Positions 10,835 to 21,208 of a stretch of 64,000 nt of DNA are shown here, one piece after another. Each line of letters begins with the position of its first letter. Within the stretch, counting starts at the first letter, position 1. The notes under the pieces are model-generated. The model was not told the origin of the DNA. It did not search any database and worked only from the letters and a program-made list of their open reading frames with translations. The position numbers and the translations under genes were made by a program. The stretch is from a virus. The DNA is taken from IMG/VR virus record IMGVR_UViG_3300027839_000006, positions 28,161-92,160 of that record; one strand, given 5' to 3'.

Positions 10835-13800
10835 ATGACGGACCCAAATGATTGTCTTGAACTATCGCCCTTTGGGCCATTCTCTACGGATGACGTGGTG
10901 GTCCCACCCGCTCATCCTGAAGGGGCTGGCTATGGGGGTTCGAGCTATGGTCTCAAGGACTATGGAGACGGCACCCTTGGCGGTGTCCCCAAGGTCTTTG
11001 GCGGGGGCTACGGTAGAGAGGGTGTAGGGTTCGCTCCGTATGGCGGTGGCGTTTTTCCAGCGACCCCTTTCGCTATCAGCGGCGGGTACGGTGGAGATCC
11101 TTACGGCTTCATGGGCTTCGGCTCAAAGGAGTTGGGAGACCCAAGAGTATCGTCTGCTATTTCGATCAGTGGAACACAGGTCGAGGTCTTCTTCACGGAA
11201 CCAATGGACCCACGGAATCCGGCCCTGTCCGATCCGGCGTCCTATGATCTAATCGCTTTAGTTGGGGCGGAGACAGCCATCTTGTCCGTCTCTGTTGGGA
11301 ATGTCAGTTCCGTAGATGCTGGTGCTGACATCCCAATCCCCGAGTATACGGAACCAGCTTCCCTACCCCCCGTTGGTTCCGTGGGACCGAGCGGAGGATA
11401 CGGAGGTACTTTCGACCCTCCGCCCGGTTCTGACTCTGGGGGTGGTGCTTTCGGCGTCCCCGGCTACGGGTCGGCTGACTTCGTTGCAGTTCCTTGGACC
11501 GCCTACGCTGAAGATGCAGACGAAGAACGAATCACGTCAGACGGCGTGACTTCCATCATCCTCACACATCTCGGTACGACCCTTGGCGGCACCTACAAGG
11601 TCAAGGTAGTCGTTGGGATCACGGATATTGCGGGGAACGAGGTAGTCATTCCCACGGACATCGGAGAGGGCGCTAACCTCGACGTGATCCAGTCGAACGA
11701 AGCAGTGTTCTTCGCTCGGGGAGATGCTCCTACATACACCGTGACTCCGGTTGCTGGTGACAGACTGCTTCTCAACTTCAGCAGCGACATGCTGAAGGCA
11801 GAAGAGTTCTCCCCTGGAACCAAGTTCTTACCCTCTTATGCGTTCGCTCCGGTCGATCCATACCCGGTTGATCTGACCGTCCTCCTTGCAGAGCACCCTC
11901 ACAACTACGAGTCGGACAAGGTTCTGCTCTCGGTGAAGGGGATGACGAGCATCGAGTACGGCAGCACTCTTTCACCGGCCTCGGCGATCAGCTACGACGG
12001 GAGCTACCTCCCGAATGAATCTTCAGACTTTTCGGGATCTGAAGTAGGCACTGGATCATCCTACGCTTCGACTGTCCTCTCGATGACTAAAGAGGTCGGC
12101 GATACCTACGGCTGGCAGTTCCTCGACCTCTCGGGTCGGATCATTCCGATCACGTCCACGTACCGCACGGACATCACGTTCGATGCTGGCAACGCCGCTG
12201 TAATGCCCATCATGGGCGAGAACGACACGCTTGCCCAGTTGGTGATTGCAGACGGAGAGACCAAACTTTCCATTTCTTTGTCCAAACTTTCGGGACAAGA
12301 TGTTTTGTCCATTGGGGAGTATGCAGACCTTCCAGCAGTGTGGTCTGAAGGCGTCCACACAATCACTGTAATCCGCAATCAGAAGGCTGGTATCTACGCT
12401 TTCTTGTTCGATGGGACTCCCATCGGAGCTATCGGTACGGCCTTCATTGAAGAGCCTGCGGATTTCGCTGGCGTCTCCTTGGATCTTTCAGCAACTTACA
12501 AAGTTTCTAACTTTCGTCTTCATTCGGTGGGGTTCGGGGCGACCGGGACGCTGTATTCCTCATTGTGGAACTTTATGCACGATGTCGAGGCGCTCTTCAC
12601 GGGGTCCGACTTACTCACCAAGGATCATCTGCTGACCCAGAGAGGTCCGTTGGTCAAAGGGTGGGGGGACGCTACCCCCGCTACCAAGCAGGATGTTGAG
12701 GTCAGGGTAAACGACACCCCCGTCGAGATAGCGGGGGTCAACCCATACACAGGAAGAATCTCAACGGTCATTCCAATCCCGAAGATGCCTGTTGGGGACA
12801 TGGCTATCTCTGTTGACTACAAGTGGTTCGCTACACCTGTGATGGAGATGCGTGGCCTAAACTGGGAAGGTCTGACCCTCAACAAGTGGGATCTTTCCAG
12901 CGCCCACCATGATCCCCCGGCACACGGGGAACAGATCCAAGACGAGACACACCCGAAGGGCGCTCCCGACACAGCACGGTTTCCGATGGGGACAACTCTC
13001 GGTCCTCTTGACCGTAGGACACCCCTTCATATCGGGCATCGGTATCTGGGGTTCGAGCGGGCGTACACAGCCAGCTTGAACAGCCCTGTCACGTTGCTGT
13101 TGAACCAGAACCCAAACTCGGTTGCGGTAAACAAGTTCGAGGACACTCCGGTTCCGATTACGGCCTACTACGAGGGGCTGAACAAGCCGACTGATGTGTA
13201 CTACTTGGAGGACGGGACTCTCTATGACGGCCCGAGGCACGTCATGGCGAACGGCACGATGTATACGGGCGCTTCGCATACGCCGTTTTCCGAGCCGTTG
13301 GGCTCTTGGAACCTCTTTGGGCAAGACGACGGCGGTGTCGATGCGGGTCAAGGCACCTATACACTGACAGATGAGGGTAACGGAGAGCCTGGAGTGGCTT
13401 TCTATCACCGCCTCGTCGAGTTGACGCATCCCACGACGGTACGACTGGTGGCCCGGTTCAAGACCGTGGGGTCAGAGCCTCACGGGGTCTTTACCGGGAT
13501 GTGCTTTGGAACCCACAACAACCGCAACCTGTACTTGGTTGGTGCGCTTGAGGTGCCGTCCCACAACGAAGATGACGACCCGGTTCAACATATCGGACTG
13601 CTCCAAGACGGGGCGAACCCCCATCTCATAGAGTCTTGGATTATCGGTCCTCAAGTCCCCATTGAGATCCTCAACCAGACAACAGCCAAGGCCATCACGT
13701 CGGACCTCCCCCATGATCTGGAAGAGGGGGCGAGGTTTCAGATCTTCGATGGCTCCCAGGAAGGCACCTATCTGATTGAGGCTCTGGTCCACCAGACAGA

Positions 13801-16800
13801 CGGCACCTCTACGATCACTGTTGAAGGAGAGTTTCCTGCTGAAGCTGGCCTCTGGGACAACACTTACTTCACGGTTGTCTTGGAATCTAAACATTCAGAG
13901 ACGCTCTCCTACGTTCTGACGGTCGATCCAATAGAGAAGAAGGCCAAGCTATACGTGTCTGGGGAACTTTCGGGGATGTTCCTTGATCTGACGGACCCCC
14001 CTTCCTTCACAGAGCCCGCCTTGGTCCCCTTGCTCTTGAACACCCAGAAGGAAGGGCAGGTCTTCTGGGGCTCCGTAGATCGTCAGGCAACCAACTCTTC
14101 CGTGTGGTCTTTCTTCAGGTATTCCGTCAGCCCCGACTACGAGATCGTTCATTCGCAGGGGCTTTCGGTGTTCACAGAGATGAACGCTCTACCCCAGGAC
14201 AACCCAAACGACGTTGAGTGGTTTCGGGAACAGATCTTCGGGTATTCGGAGATCGATGCGACCGCAGATGCACTGTTGCTCAAGAGCACGTCTGCCTCGT
14301 CCTCTGCTGATCTGGCATACAGGTACACCCGGTTGGAGCCTTATTTGGCTCCTGACGCCCAGATCGATGTCGATGCCAAGTTCCGTGTCGATAGCGGCAT
14401 CCTTGGTGCGGGAGACGCCCAAGTAGAGGTCCGAGACACCCGCAAAAGGGTTCTCTTGAGTGCCCTTTGTTACATGGAAGCTGAAGGGTTGAGGTTGAGG
14501 CGGTTGGTTTCCATGCCCTCGTCTTCGTTGTCCTGTCTGTATCTTCCCCAGGACGACCCCAACGGGGCCTGGGAAAAGTTAGGGGCTCTCGGGCACAAGA
14601 TTGAAGGCCAGACCCTTGTGACTACCCATAGTGGGGAAGTCGGGGGTCAACTGGTTGGTTGGGAGACCTCTCTTGATCTTTCATCTATGTCTTTTGAGGA
14701 CACTGGCAGCCGGATAGCAGAAGCCCGGTTCGCCGTGAAGTCCTTTGAGGTAGACGACGAGGGAAGGACCGGCATCACCTTCCAAGTGTGGGCTGGCGGG
14801 GTGTTATCCCCCAGAGCGGTACTTGTGACTCTTCGATACGTCGGAGAGGAACCGGCAGTCACAATCAATCAGACCTCTGGAGCCCCTATTGGGGAGTTTC
14901 TGTTCGATTGGACAGATGGGGAGTTCCATACCTATCGAGTTCTAATCGATGCTGTGGGAGACACGGTGGTCCTCGTCTTGGATGATGCCATTAGTGTTCC
15001 CCTGGAGTTCACGGCGCTCCCTTCGGTAGCGAGCAACACCAAGCTCATCTTTGGGCATCACGGCGGCACTGCGGAAGTTCATTGGGATTCGGTGTCTGTC
15101 CATGTTCAGCCTCCCCCAGATGCCAAGCGCACCTTGGGAGTCTGGAGAGGTCGTGATCCAGACAACATCAACAACTGGGAACTGCCCCGTATCGATTCTT
15201 CCACGGCCCCTAACTCTTCCCCTACCGGGCCGGTTATCGAGGAAATGGATTGGCGCAACTCGTTGGACATTCGTATCCATAGAGACCCCGAATGGGGCGT
15301 GACAATCCTTCGCACAGATCTACCACCGCCTCCGTACTTTGATGGGGAGTGGGCAACGGACATCACGTCTCCCAGTGCCGGTTGGATCAATGTCGAATAC
15401 AGGAACCTGCCGGATATCGGCTATGAGGAAACCTTCGGTGTAGTCACGTTTGGCGCACTCGATCCCCGGTCTGTTAGCCAGCAACGATGGGAGTCGCTGC
15501 GTTACCGCATCTACAACCATCCGACTGATGATCTGCGTTCCCCCGAGCACATGATCCTCAATCAATCCAACATCATCACGTCTGGGGAGACGACAGAGGA
15601 CATTTATCCCGAGAAAGTCGTCTTGGAGACGCTCGATTCTTCACGGGTTTCGTTGAAGGCTGCTCACATCTACGCTTCACGGATCTTCAAGGTGTTGGAG
15701 GGGGATACCATCATCCCTTCAGACAACTGGGACTTCGATATTTCCAGTCAGTTGATCACATTGACGGCCACAACCTTCTCCGATGAACACGTTACGGCCA
15801 CTATTATCTTCACGTCGGACCATGACGTTCCGACAACCGAGACCTATCTCAAGAGCCAGCCCCTCCACGACAGCATCACTCTCTTGAACGAAGGCACCCC
15901 GGCCTTCGCCCGTAACCAGACGGCGGACGCCATTAGAGGCATCACGACCGGGGCTCAAATCAGCTACTTCTATGATGTCTTGAACAGTGACCAAGACTTC
16001 GTGTTGAACGACCCCTTCAAGGCGGTCACGTTCGCTGACGATCCAGAGTCCCTCTATGACTCGATGAAGTTCTTTGAGATCTCCAACGACGGAGATATTG
16101 GACTCCTGACCACCCTTTGTGATGATAGGTCTCCAGCCCACGGCTTCCGAGAGATCGCTCTGGAAGGCTCCCTGTTCCAACAGCAACATTCCGGTATCCC
16201 CAAGCCCGACTATGAGCAGTACGGAGGGATGCCCGGGACGATCCTATTCGCAAGCGGTGGGAACCAGACTCTCGGTGGGAACTTGGCGGGCGGCGAGTCT
16301 GTTCGCCAAGGCACAACAATGACATGGCCTGTGGCTCATGGGGGCATAGACCAGAAGACGACTTGGAACATTACGTTGGATCAAGTTATCTTGGACGCTA
16401 CGGACCTGGAGAGCCCAGACAACTATCACCGGCATCTGCATGAGCAGATACTCTTCCTCGGCTCCCAATCAGACAATGTAGCCCCTACGGGACATGCCCT
16501 CGTTACTCGGTTCCCAGACGGGATTCCTGACGCTCCAGACGGGTTTTTGGGTATCCACAATCACGGTGCTTGCTTGGCGACGATGGAGCAAGCCGCCGCT
16601 CATTCTCGGCTGGGACCGTGGGGCGGGTTGTCTTCATTGGTGCCTACGCCCATCCCTGGAAGGCGTGGAGAGCTTTTGGAGCAGCAGATTGAGGTTGGCT
16701 CGGAAGAATATGGGGAGGTGTTCCGTACCGGATCTTTGCTATATGGGGGGAATCCTTTGCAACCGGACGGCATTCCGGCGTTGGGCAACGGTATGGTCTT

Positions 16801-16954
16801 GCAAGGGGGGGCGATGTTGCCTGACGGTTCCGCACACACTTTTGTCCTTCAATCTCCAGACGCCACTCCAACTTATGGTGGATACGGCGGCGATCCCTAC
16901 GGCGGCGAGACCGAAGGTGGGGTTGGTGGGGGATCTGGATCGATTGACTATTGA
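10835..16954 (+). CDS. Large virion structural protein (2039 aa) with GYG repeats, Ig-like and lectin-like beta-sandwich regions
   Basis: Long ORF in the baseplate operon. 'VSSAISISGTQVEVFFTEPMD' is Ig-like. 'FDWTDGEFHTYRV' is LamG/ConA-like. GYG/YGG repeats at both termini. Confidence 0.55.
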   Translation: MTDPNDCLELSPFGPFSTDDVVVPPAHPEGAGYGGSSYGLKDYGDGTLGGVPKVFGGGYGREGVGFAPYGGGVFPATPFAISGGYGGDPYGFMGFGSKELGDPRVSSAISISGTQVEVFFTEPMDPRNPALSDPASYDLIALVGAETAILSVSVGNVSSVDAGADIPIPEYTEPASLPPVGSVGPSGGYGGTFDPPPGSDSGGGAFGVPGYGSADFVAVPWTAYAEDADEERITSDGVTSIILTHLGTTLGGTYKVKVVVGITDIAGNEVVIPTDIGEGANLDVIQSNEAVFFARGDAPTYTVTPVAGDRLLLNFSSDMLKAEEFSPGTKFLPSYAFAPVDPYPVDLTVLLAEHPHNYESDKVLLSVKGMTSIEYGSTLSPASAISYDGSYLPNESSDFSGSEVGTGSSYASTVLSMTKEVGDTYGWQFLDLSGRIIPITSTYRTDITFDAGNAAVMPIMGENDTLAQLVIADGETKLSISLSKLSGQDVLSIGEYADLPAVWSEGVHTITVIRNQKAGIYAFLFDGTPIGAIGTAFIEEPADFAGVSLDLSATYKVSNFRLHSVGFGATGTLYSSLWNFMHDVEALFTGSDLLTKDHLLTQRGPLVKGWGDATPATKQDVEVRVNDTPVEIAGVNPYTGRISTVIPIPKMPVGDMAISVDYKWFATPVMEMRGLNWEGLTLNKWDLSSAHHDPPAHGEQIQDETHPKGAPDTARFPMGTTLGPLDRRTPLHIGHRYLGFERAYTASLNSPVTLLLNQNPNSVAVNKFEDTPVPITAYYEGLNKPTDVYYLEDGTLYDGPRHVMANGTMYTGASHTPFSEPLGSWNLFGQDDGGVDAGQGTYTLTDEGNGEPGVAFYHRLVELTHPTTVRLVARFKTVGSEPHGVFTGMCFGTHNNRNLYLVGALEVPSHNEDDDPVQHIGLLQDGANPHLIESWIIGPQVPIEILNQTTAKAITSDLPHDLEEGARFQIFDGSQEGTYLIEALVHQTDGTSTITVEGEFPAEAGLWDNTYFTVVLESKHSETLSYVLTVDPIEKKAKLYVSGELSGMFLDLTDPPSFTEPALVPLLLNTQKEGQVFWGSVDRQATNSSVWSFFRYSVSPDYEIVHSQGLSVFTEMNALPQDNPNDVEWFREQIFGYSEIDATADALLLKSTSASSSADLAYRYTRLEPYLAPDAQIDVDAKFRVDSGILGAGDAQVEVRDTRKRVLLSALCYMEAEGLRLRRLVSMPSSSLSCLYLPQDDPNGAWEKLGALGHKIEGQTLVTTHSGEVGGQLVGWETSLDLSSMSFEDTGSRIAEARFAVKSFEVDDEGRTGITFQVWAGGVLSPRAVLVTLRYVGEEPAVTINQTSGAPIGEFLFDWTDGEFHTYRVLIDAVGDTVVLVLDDAISVPLEFTALPSVASNTKLIFGHHGGTAEVHWDSVSVHVQPPPDAKRTLGVWRGRDPDNINNWELPRIDSSTAPNSSPTGPVIEEMDWRNSLDIRIHRDPEWGVTILRTDLPPPPYFDGEWATDITSPSAGWINVEYRNLPDIGYEETFGVVTFGALDPRSVSQQRWESLRYRIYNHPTDDLRSPEHMILNQSNIITSGETTEDIYPEKVVLETLDSSRVSLKAAHIYASRIFKVLEGDTIIPSDNWDFDISSQLITLTATTFSDEHVTATIIFTSDHDVPTTETYLKSQPLHDSITLLNEGTPAFARNQTADAIRGITTGAQISYFYDVLNSDQDFVLNDPFKAVTFADDPESLYDSMKFFEISNDGDIGLLTTLCDDRSPAHGFREIALEGSLFQQQHSGIPKPDYEQYGGMPGTILFASGGNQTLGGNLAGGESVRQGTTMTWPVAHGGIDQKTTWNITLDQVILDATDLESPDNYHRHLHEQILFLGSQSDNVAPTGHALVTRFPDGIPDAPDGFLGIHNHGACLATMEQAAAHSRLGPWGGLSSLVPTPIPGRRGELLEQQIEVGSEEYGEVFRTGSLLYGGNPLQPDGIPALGNGMVLQGGAMLPDGSAHTFVLQSPDATPTYGGYGGDPYGGETEGGVGGGSGSIDY

Positions 16955-16966
16955 TCTTGTCTGCTG

Positions 16967-16999
16967 CGGTAGTCGGTCTATCGACACCCAGAAGTAGAG
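16967..16999 (+). promoter_or_regulatory. Candidate late promoter motif
   Basis: CGGTAG-tcgg-TCTAT-cgacacccagaa-GTAGAG, upstream of 17019. Confidence 0.55.
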
Positions 17000-17018
17000 A
17001 TCGATATGGAGTAGATGA

Positions 17019-17654
17019 ATGGCCCAGTATAGAGAACGATTGCGGAGAACCCGGTCAGCCTTCAAGGTTGGTCTGGGACTAAAGCTCGCAGATTATCTGG
17101 ACGCCCCGCACGGTAGGTTCATTTTCCACATGGAAGATGCTCGCACGGGTGGGGTGCTAACCCATTGGGAACGAGACAATGTGATCACCCGAGATGCGGG
17201 TGTTCAAGCGGCTCGTTTGTTCCGTAATAGTGTGGAACCCAACCACGGATGCAACATGCTGTCGGTGGGTACGGGAGCCACGGGTAACCTTCTCTCTCCT
17301 GATGCCCCAAGCGCAGAGCAACGGCGACTCAACAACGAGATTTCACGGAAGTCCTTTGCTTCCACGACCTTCCGCAATCCAGATGGTGTGGCAGTGTCTT
17401 ATCCCACCAATGTTGTGGATTTTACGACGACATTCGGAGAGGCAGAAGCGGTAGGGCCTCTGAACGAAATGGGCCTTGTGTCCACTGTTTCAGCTAACCC
17501 GACCGTGTTGAACCCCAATCCGAACGCTTATCCCACGTATGACGCTACGTTGGATGTTACAGAATATGATGTGCTCTTGAACTACTTGACCTTCAGTGTA
17601 GTCACCAAACCGAGCACAGCCATTCTGACGATCACTTGGCGTCTAACCTTTTGA
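17019..17654 (+). CDS. Tail-fibre anchor/baseplate protein (P2 gpH N-terminal, DUF3751-like)
   Basis: 'NVITRDAG...MLSVGTG...LNNEISRK...FTTTFGEAEAVGPLNEMGL...LTITWRLTF' matches this fold pattern. Confidence 0.7.
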   Translation: MAQYRERLRRTRSAFKVGLGLKLADYLDAPHGRFIFHMEDARTGGVLTHWERDNVITRDAGVQAARLFRNSVEPNHGCNMLSVGTGATGNLLSPDAPSAEQRRLNNEISRKSFASTTFRNPDGVAVSYPTNVVDFTTTFGEAEAVGPLNEMGLVSTVSANPTVLNPNPNAYPTYDATLDVTEYDVLLNYLTFSVVTKPSTAILTITWRLTF

Positions 17655-17666
17655 TGAGGTCGAGGA

Positions 17667-20600
17667 ATGGCTATCAAGGACCACGATAAGCATTACGACG
17701 ACCTCGCGGGCGCAGTCCCGGGACAACCTAATCAGGTTTCCCGTCATCTGAAGCTCGGGGAGCGGTCGCTCAATCAAGTCGTCTATCAGTCGGGGAAGCC
17801 CGTTCTCGACGCAGAACTGAACTTGAGCCAGGACATCTCCGAGTACACTCGGCAGCTTCTCGCCCGCCGAGAAGCCCAGTCCGGTTGGCTGAAGGGTCAG
17901 ACTTTCCGAGACGGCTATTTGGATTTCACTTTCCAGCACTCCTGTGACGAAGGTTTCGCTCCGAACACCTTTAGCATGAAGAAAATGGTCGCCCTCGTTG
18001 CCGGTAATCCGGTTGTCGTGGAGTACACCGATACTTCAGTGGGTGGTGGAAACACCATCACGTTGCCTGCCCCGACCACCTATGACGGCACGAACGCCAC
18101 GATCAAGAGGACCGATTTCGTCTTCTTGGAAGTGTGGAAGACTCTTGTTGCCCCAAGCCCCAGAGCTTGGGCGACGGTTACGATCCATGAGTGTGGCACG
18201 CCCCCTCTTCTGGAGGTGGGTGTAGATGAGGTAGCCATTACGGTTCCCGTCAGTGCCGGAGGTAGCGGCCTCCAGACTCACTTTGTCGTGGCCGCCGAAG
18301 GTACAGGCTACCCCTCGATCCCCGATTCCACGAACTGGGAGATCGGAGCCAACGGATGCTCCACAGCAGATTATCTGGCCCATGCCATCAACAATGCGGT
18401 CATTGGGGTTACCGCCTACACGAACGGTACGGAAGTGATCACCTTGAAGGCGAATCTTCAAGGTGCTTCGGGCAACACGATCTCTATCGAAGTCGTATCC
18501 ACGGAGGCCACAGAGATCGTCATCCCGGGTGGGCTGTTCACTGGCGGCGAAGACCGCCCCAACAAGCCCGCTCAAAACAAGATCTGGCGGCACGGCAACG
18601 TGCAGTCCCCAGAAGTGACATGGCTTGAGGACGATCTGGCCGACCCCTTCATTGATACCGAGTCTACGCAGAGGATTCAGCTTCAGTACCGCATCCGAGC
18701 AACCGGAGCGGGTGAGGGTGTCAACTATAAGATACACCCAGACGGGTTCACCACACCACGGAACATTCCCGGTGGTGAGGGTCAAACGAACGCACAGGGC
18801 GCTCTGTCTGTCCCGGTAGACGAATACCCCTTCGTCCCGGCAGACCGTGAGAGCGTTAGGGACAACTCTGATGCAGTTGCCTATGGAATCCAAGACGATG
18901 GGCTTTTCGTTGCAGGAGACGGGTCCGAGGAAGCCGCAGCGGCACTTGGAGCCGTAGATGGCTTTGTTTATGCCATTCCGATTGGTTTTGTGTTCCGCAG
19001 AAACGACATCTGGAACGCTCCAGAAGCCTTCAAGGGCTTCGACCCGAGGAACAATGCTAACGGCGCTCCTACGCATGACCACGGCGGGTACAACGGCCCC
19101 TTGGGGGTTATCCCTGCGGGCCACTCTGACCGCCCAGATGCGTTGTTCAGCGATTGTATTGATGCCAATGACATCCTGGACCTCCGCCGCCATGTGGCGA
19201 TGGCGGGGCATGATCTAAAGGCCGAGCTTCAATACCAAATCCAGTCTCTTCTGGATGGGGAGTTCCGAACTTGGGCCATCGATTCTTCCGACAAGGACAC
19301 TCTCGGAGGGTCTTCCGGCAACGTCTCTACTCGATTCTTGGTTTGTAACGAGATCGGGAGAGAGCAGGGCAAGGGAGGCAACCCCCCTCATTCGGGTGAC
19401 ACCCAACGGGGCACTACGATTCGGAGTTTCGACCATATCGCCCGCCGATTCGGCGACCAAGCTGTGGTCGAGAGAATGACATTCGCTTTCTGGCCTGGAG
19501 ACCGGGCGGCCTCTGGGGCTGTACCAGACGGAATCCCTGGTCAACTCAATGACGGCAAGTACGTCTCCAAGACAGGCAACGGAAACCGTTGGTCAGAAGA
19601 CGATGTACTCCACTTGAACCTGGGTAGCTTCGACGCTTCAACTTTGGGTGGTGTGTTCTCTGGGGGAGCCTGGGCCAACAGCTTCCCAGACGGGCCTTAT
19701 GTCACGCAGTTCGCCCCTCCCGGCATGGTGATTACCGATGTCTGGCTGGTTCACCATGACGATGGTCACTACGACGCAACCGAACCCGTGGACCAAAGAG
19801 TGCAGATCAAGCACATTGATGGGCTTGGGACCGCTCATGTTGAGCTTCATTTGGATGCCAACGATGACACGGTTTCCGGTGGGTTGCCGGTCATTTTGAA
19901 CTCCAATGATGAGTACAAGCTCGTCCGCTCTGCCGGTGATGATCTGGCTCTCCTTGCAGGCTCTCCACGTCGAATCTTCGTTGAAGTCGAGGTGTCCTAT
20001 CCAATCGGCTACGGCCTGACGGACACCCCAGATGAGAAAGTCGAACCCGATCCAGAGGTTTACCCCTTTGGAGAGATCATTCAGTGCGGCGGCGTACCCC
20101 CGACCGACATGGAACACCCCCTTCCTCCCCAATGGCGTCCTGGCTATCGGGAGGTCAAGCTGGAGTATGTCGCAGGACATAACGGTGGTGGGGCACCCAT
20201 TGGGTCTGTCCCGGGACATGAAGAACAGATCGTCAGCACGACACAAAATCAACTGCGGCTGCCCCGACGAGTTTACCGGAGCGGGAGCCACCTCCTTACC
20301 GTATCCGACGTTCCTGCTACGGCACCCGTAGGTGTAAACGACGACCAGAGTGCCTATGGGTCCAGCGAGAGAGTCATCTCGTTGGCAAATCTATTGAGTG
20401 GGACTCAAACACTCTGCCAAGTGACATACTTCGCTCAAGACCCCCTACCGAACTGGGGAGGCGCAGGAACGGGCTATCAGATCGCTGCCTATTTCCGGTC
20501 CAACGCACCCCAGACATGCGGTGTGAAGGAAGGGGACATCAACGGCCCGCTTGCTGGTGGGCAACTCCCATCGAAGTTGGAAGTCGAACCTCTCATCATG

Positions 20601-21206
20601 GCCGATAACCTGTGGACGGGTCAGGTCGGCATGGGTTCTGTGGATTCGTCCTTCCCTTACATCGCCCCATTGGACCAAATCCCTATCAATGATGGGTCAG
20701 GTCTATCCGGTGAAGTTGGGGGAGATGAAGCCTGGGTCGCTGGTCAAACCCATGAGTGGTATTTCTGCGCTACGGCGCAAACCAGTGTTGACGACTTTGA
20801 CGCAACGACTGGACTGTTGTCACTTCACCCATTTGTCCCGGCTGACAGGACACAACTCCTGCGGCTCGGGGGCGACGAAAACGAGCAGAAGCCTCGAAAG
20901 GACATGGAGTTCCGAGCTTACTATCCGTTTGCGGATGACAGCACGTATCGACCGACGATCATGTCCCAACCTTTGTCGGGAGCAGTTCGCCATAAAGTGT
21001 TTATCCCCATGTTAGTTCGAGCAACCGAGGATGCTAAAGGTGCCGCTGGTGGGATTCTTTATCGACGCAACGAAATGCTTTTGATTGTATTGAGCCGATT
21101 CGCCGCACTCGACACTGATAACACCGTGGTCTTCACCGATGATGGGAACACGACCTGTGCCGCTGTATATCGAACCAAGAACCTTCTTCTCACGGTGGGA
21201 GACTAA
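17667..21206 (+). CDS. Virion structural/fibre-associated protein with DUF4815/DUF6519-like N-terminus (1179 aa), paralog of 45074-51358
   Basis: 'VVYQSGKPVLDAELNLSQ', 'DFVFLEVW', 'RIQLQYRIR', 'DGFVYAIP' and 'DILDLR' motifs. SD GAGG upstream. Confidence 0.6.
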   Translation: MAIKDHDKHYDDLAGAVPGQPNQVSRHLKLGERSLNQVVYQSGKPVLDAELNLSQDISEYTRQLLARREAQSGWLKGQTFRDGYLDFTFQHSCDEGFAPNTFSMKKMVALVAGNPVVVEYTDTSVGGGNTITLPAPTTYDGTNATIKRTDFVFLEVWKTLVAPSPRAWATVTIHECGTPPLLEVGVDEVAITVPVSAGGSGLQTHFVVAAEGTGYPSIPDSTNWEIGANGCSTADYLAHAINNAVIGVTAYTNGTEVITLKANLQGASGNTISIEVVSTEATEIVIPGGLFTGGEDRPNKPAQNKIWRHGNVQSPEVTWLEDDLADPFIDTESTQRIQLQYRIRATGAGEGVNYKIHPDGFTTPRNIPGGEGQTNAQGALSVPVDEYPFVPADRESVRDNSDAVAYGIQDDGLFVAGDGSEEAAAALGAVDGFVYAIPIGFVFRRNDIWNAPEAFKGFDPRNNANGAPTHDHGGYNGPLGVIPAGHSDRPDALFSDCIDANDILDLRRHVAMAGHDLKAELQYQIQSLLDGEFRTWAIDSSDKDTLGGSSGNVSTRFLVCNEIGREQGKGGNPPHSGDTQRGTTIRSFDHIARRFGDQAVVERMTFAFWPGDRAASGAVPDGIPGQLNDGKYVSKTGNGNRWSEDDVLHLNLGSFDASTLGGVFSGGAWANSFPDGPYVTQFAPPGMVITDVWLVHHDDGHYDATEPVDQRVQIKHIDGLGTAHVELHLDANDDTVSGGLPVILNSNDEYKLVRSAGDDLALLAGSPRRIFVEVEVSYPIGYGLTDTPDEKVEPDPEVYPFGEIIQCGGVPPTDMEHPLPPQWRPGYREVKLEYVAGHNGGGAPIGSVPGHEEQIVSTTQNQLRLPRRVYRSGSHLLTVSDVPATAPVGVNDDQSAYGSSERVISLANLLSGTQTLCQVTYFAQDPLPNWGGAGTGYQIAAYFRSNAPQTCGVKEGDINGPLAGGQLPSKLEVEPLIMADNLWTGQVGMGSVDSSFPYIAPLDQIPINDGSGLSGEVGGDEAWVAGQTHEWYFCATAQTSVDDFDATTGLLSLHPFVPADRTQLLRLGGDENEQKPRKDMEFRAYYPFADDSTYRPTIMSQPLSGAVRHKVFIPMLVRATEDAKGAAGGILYRRNEMLLIVLSRFAALDTDNTVVFTDDGNTTCAAVYRTKNLLLTVGD

Positions 21207-21208
21207 CG

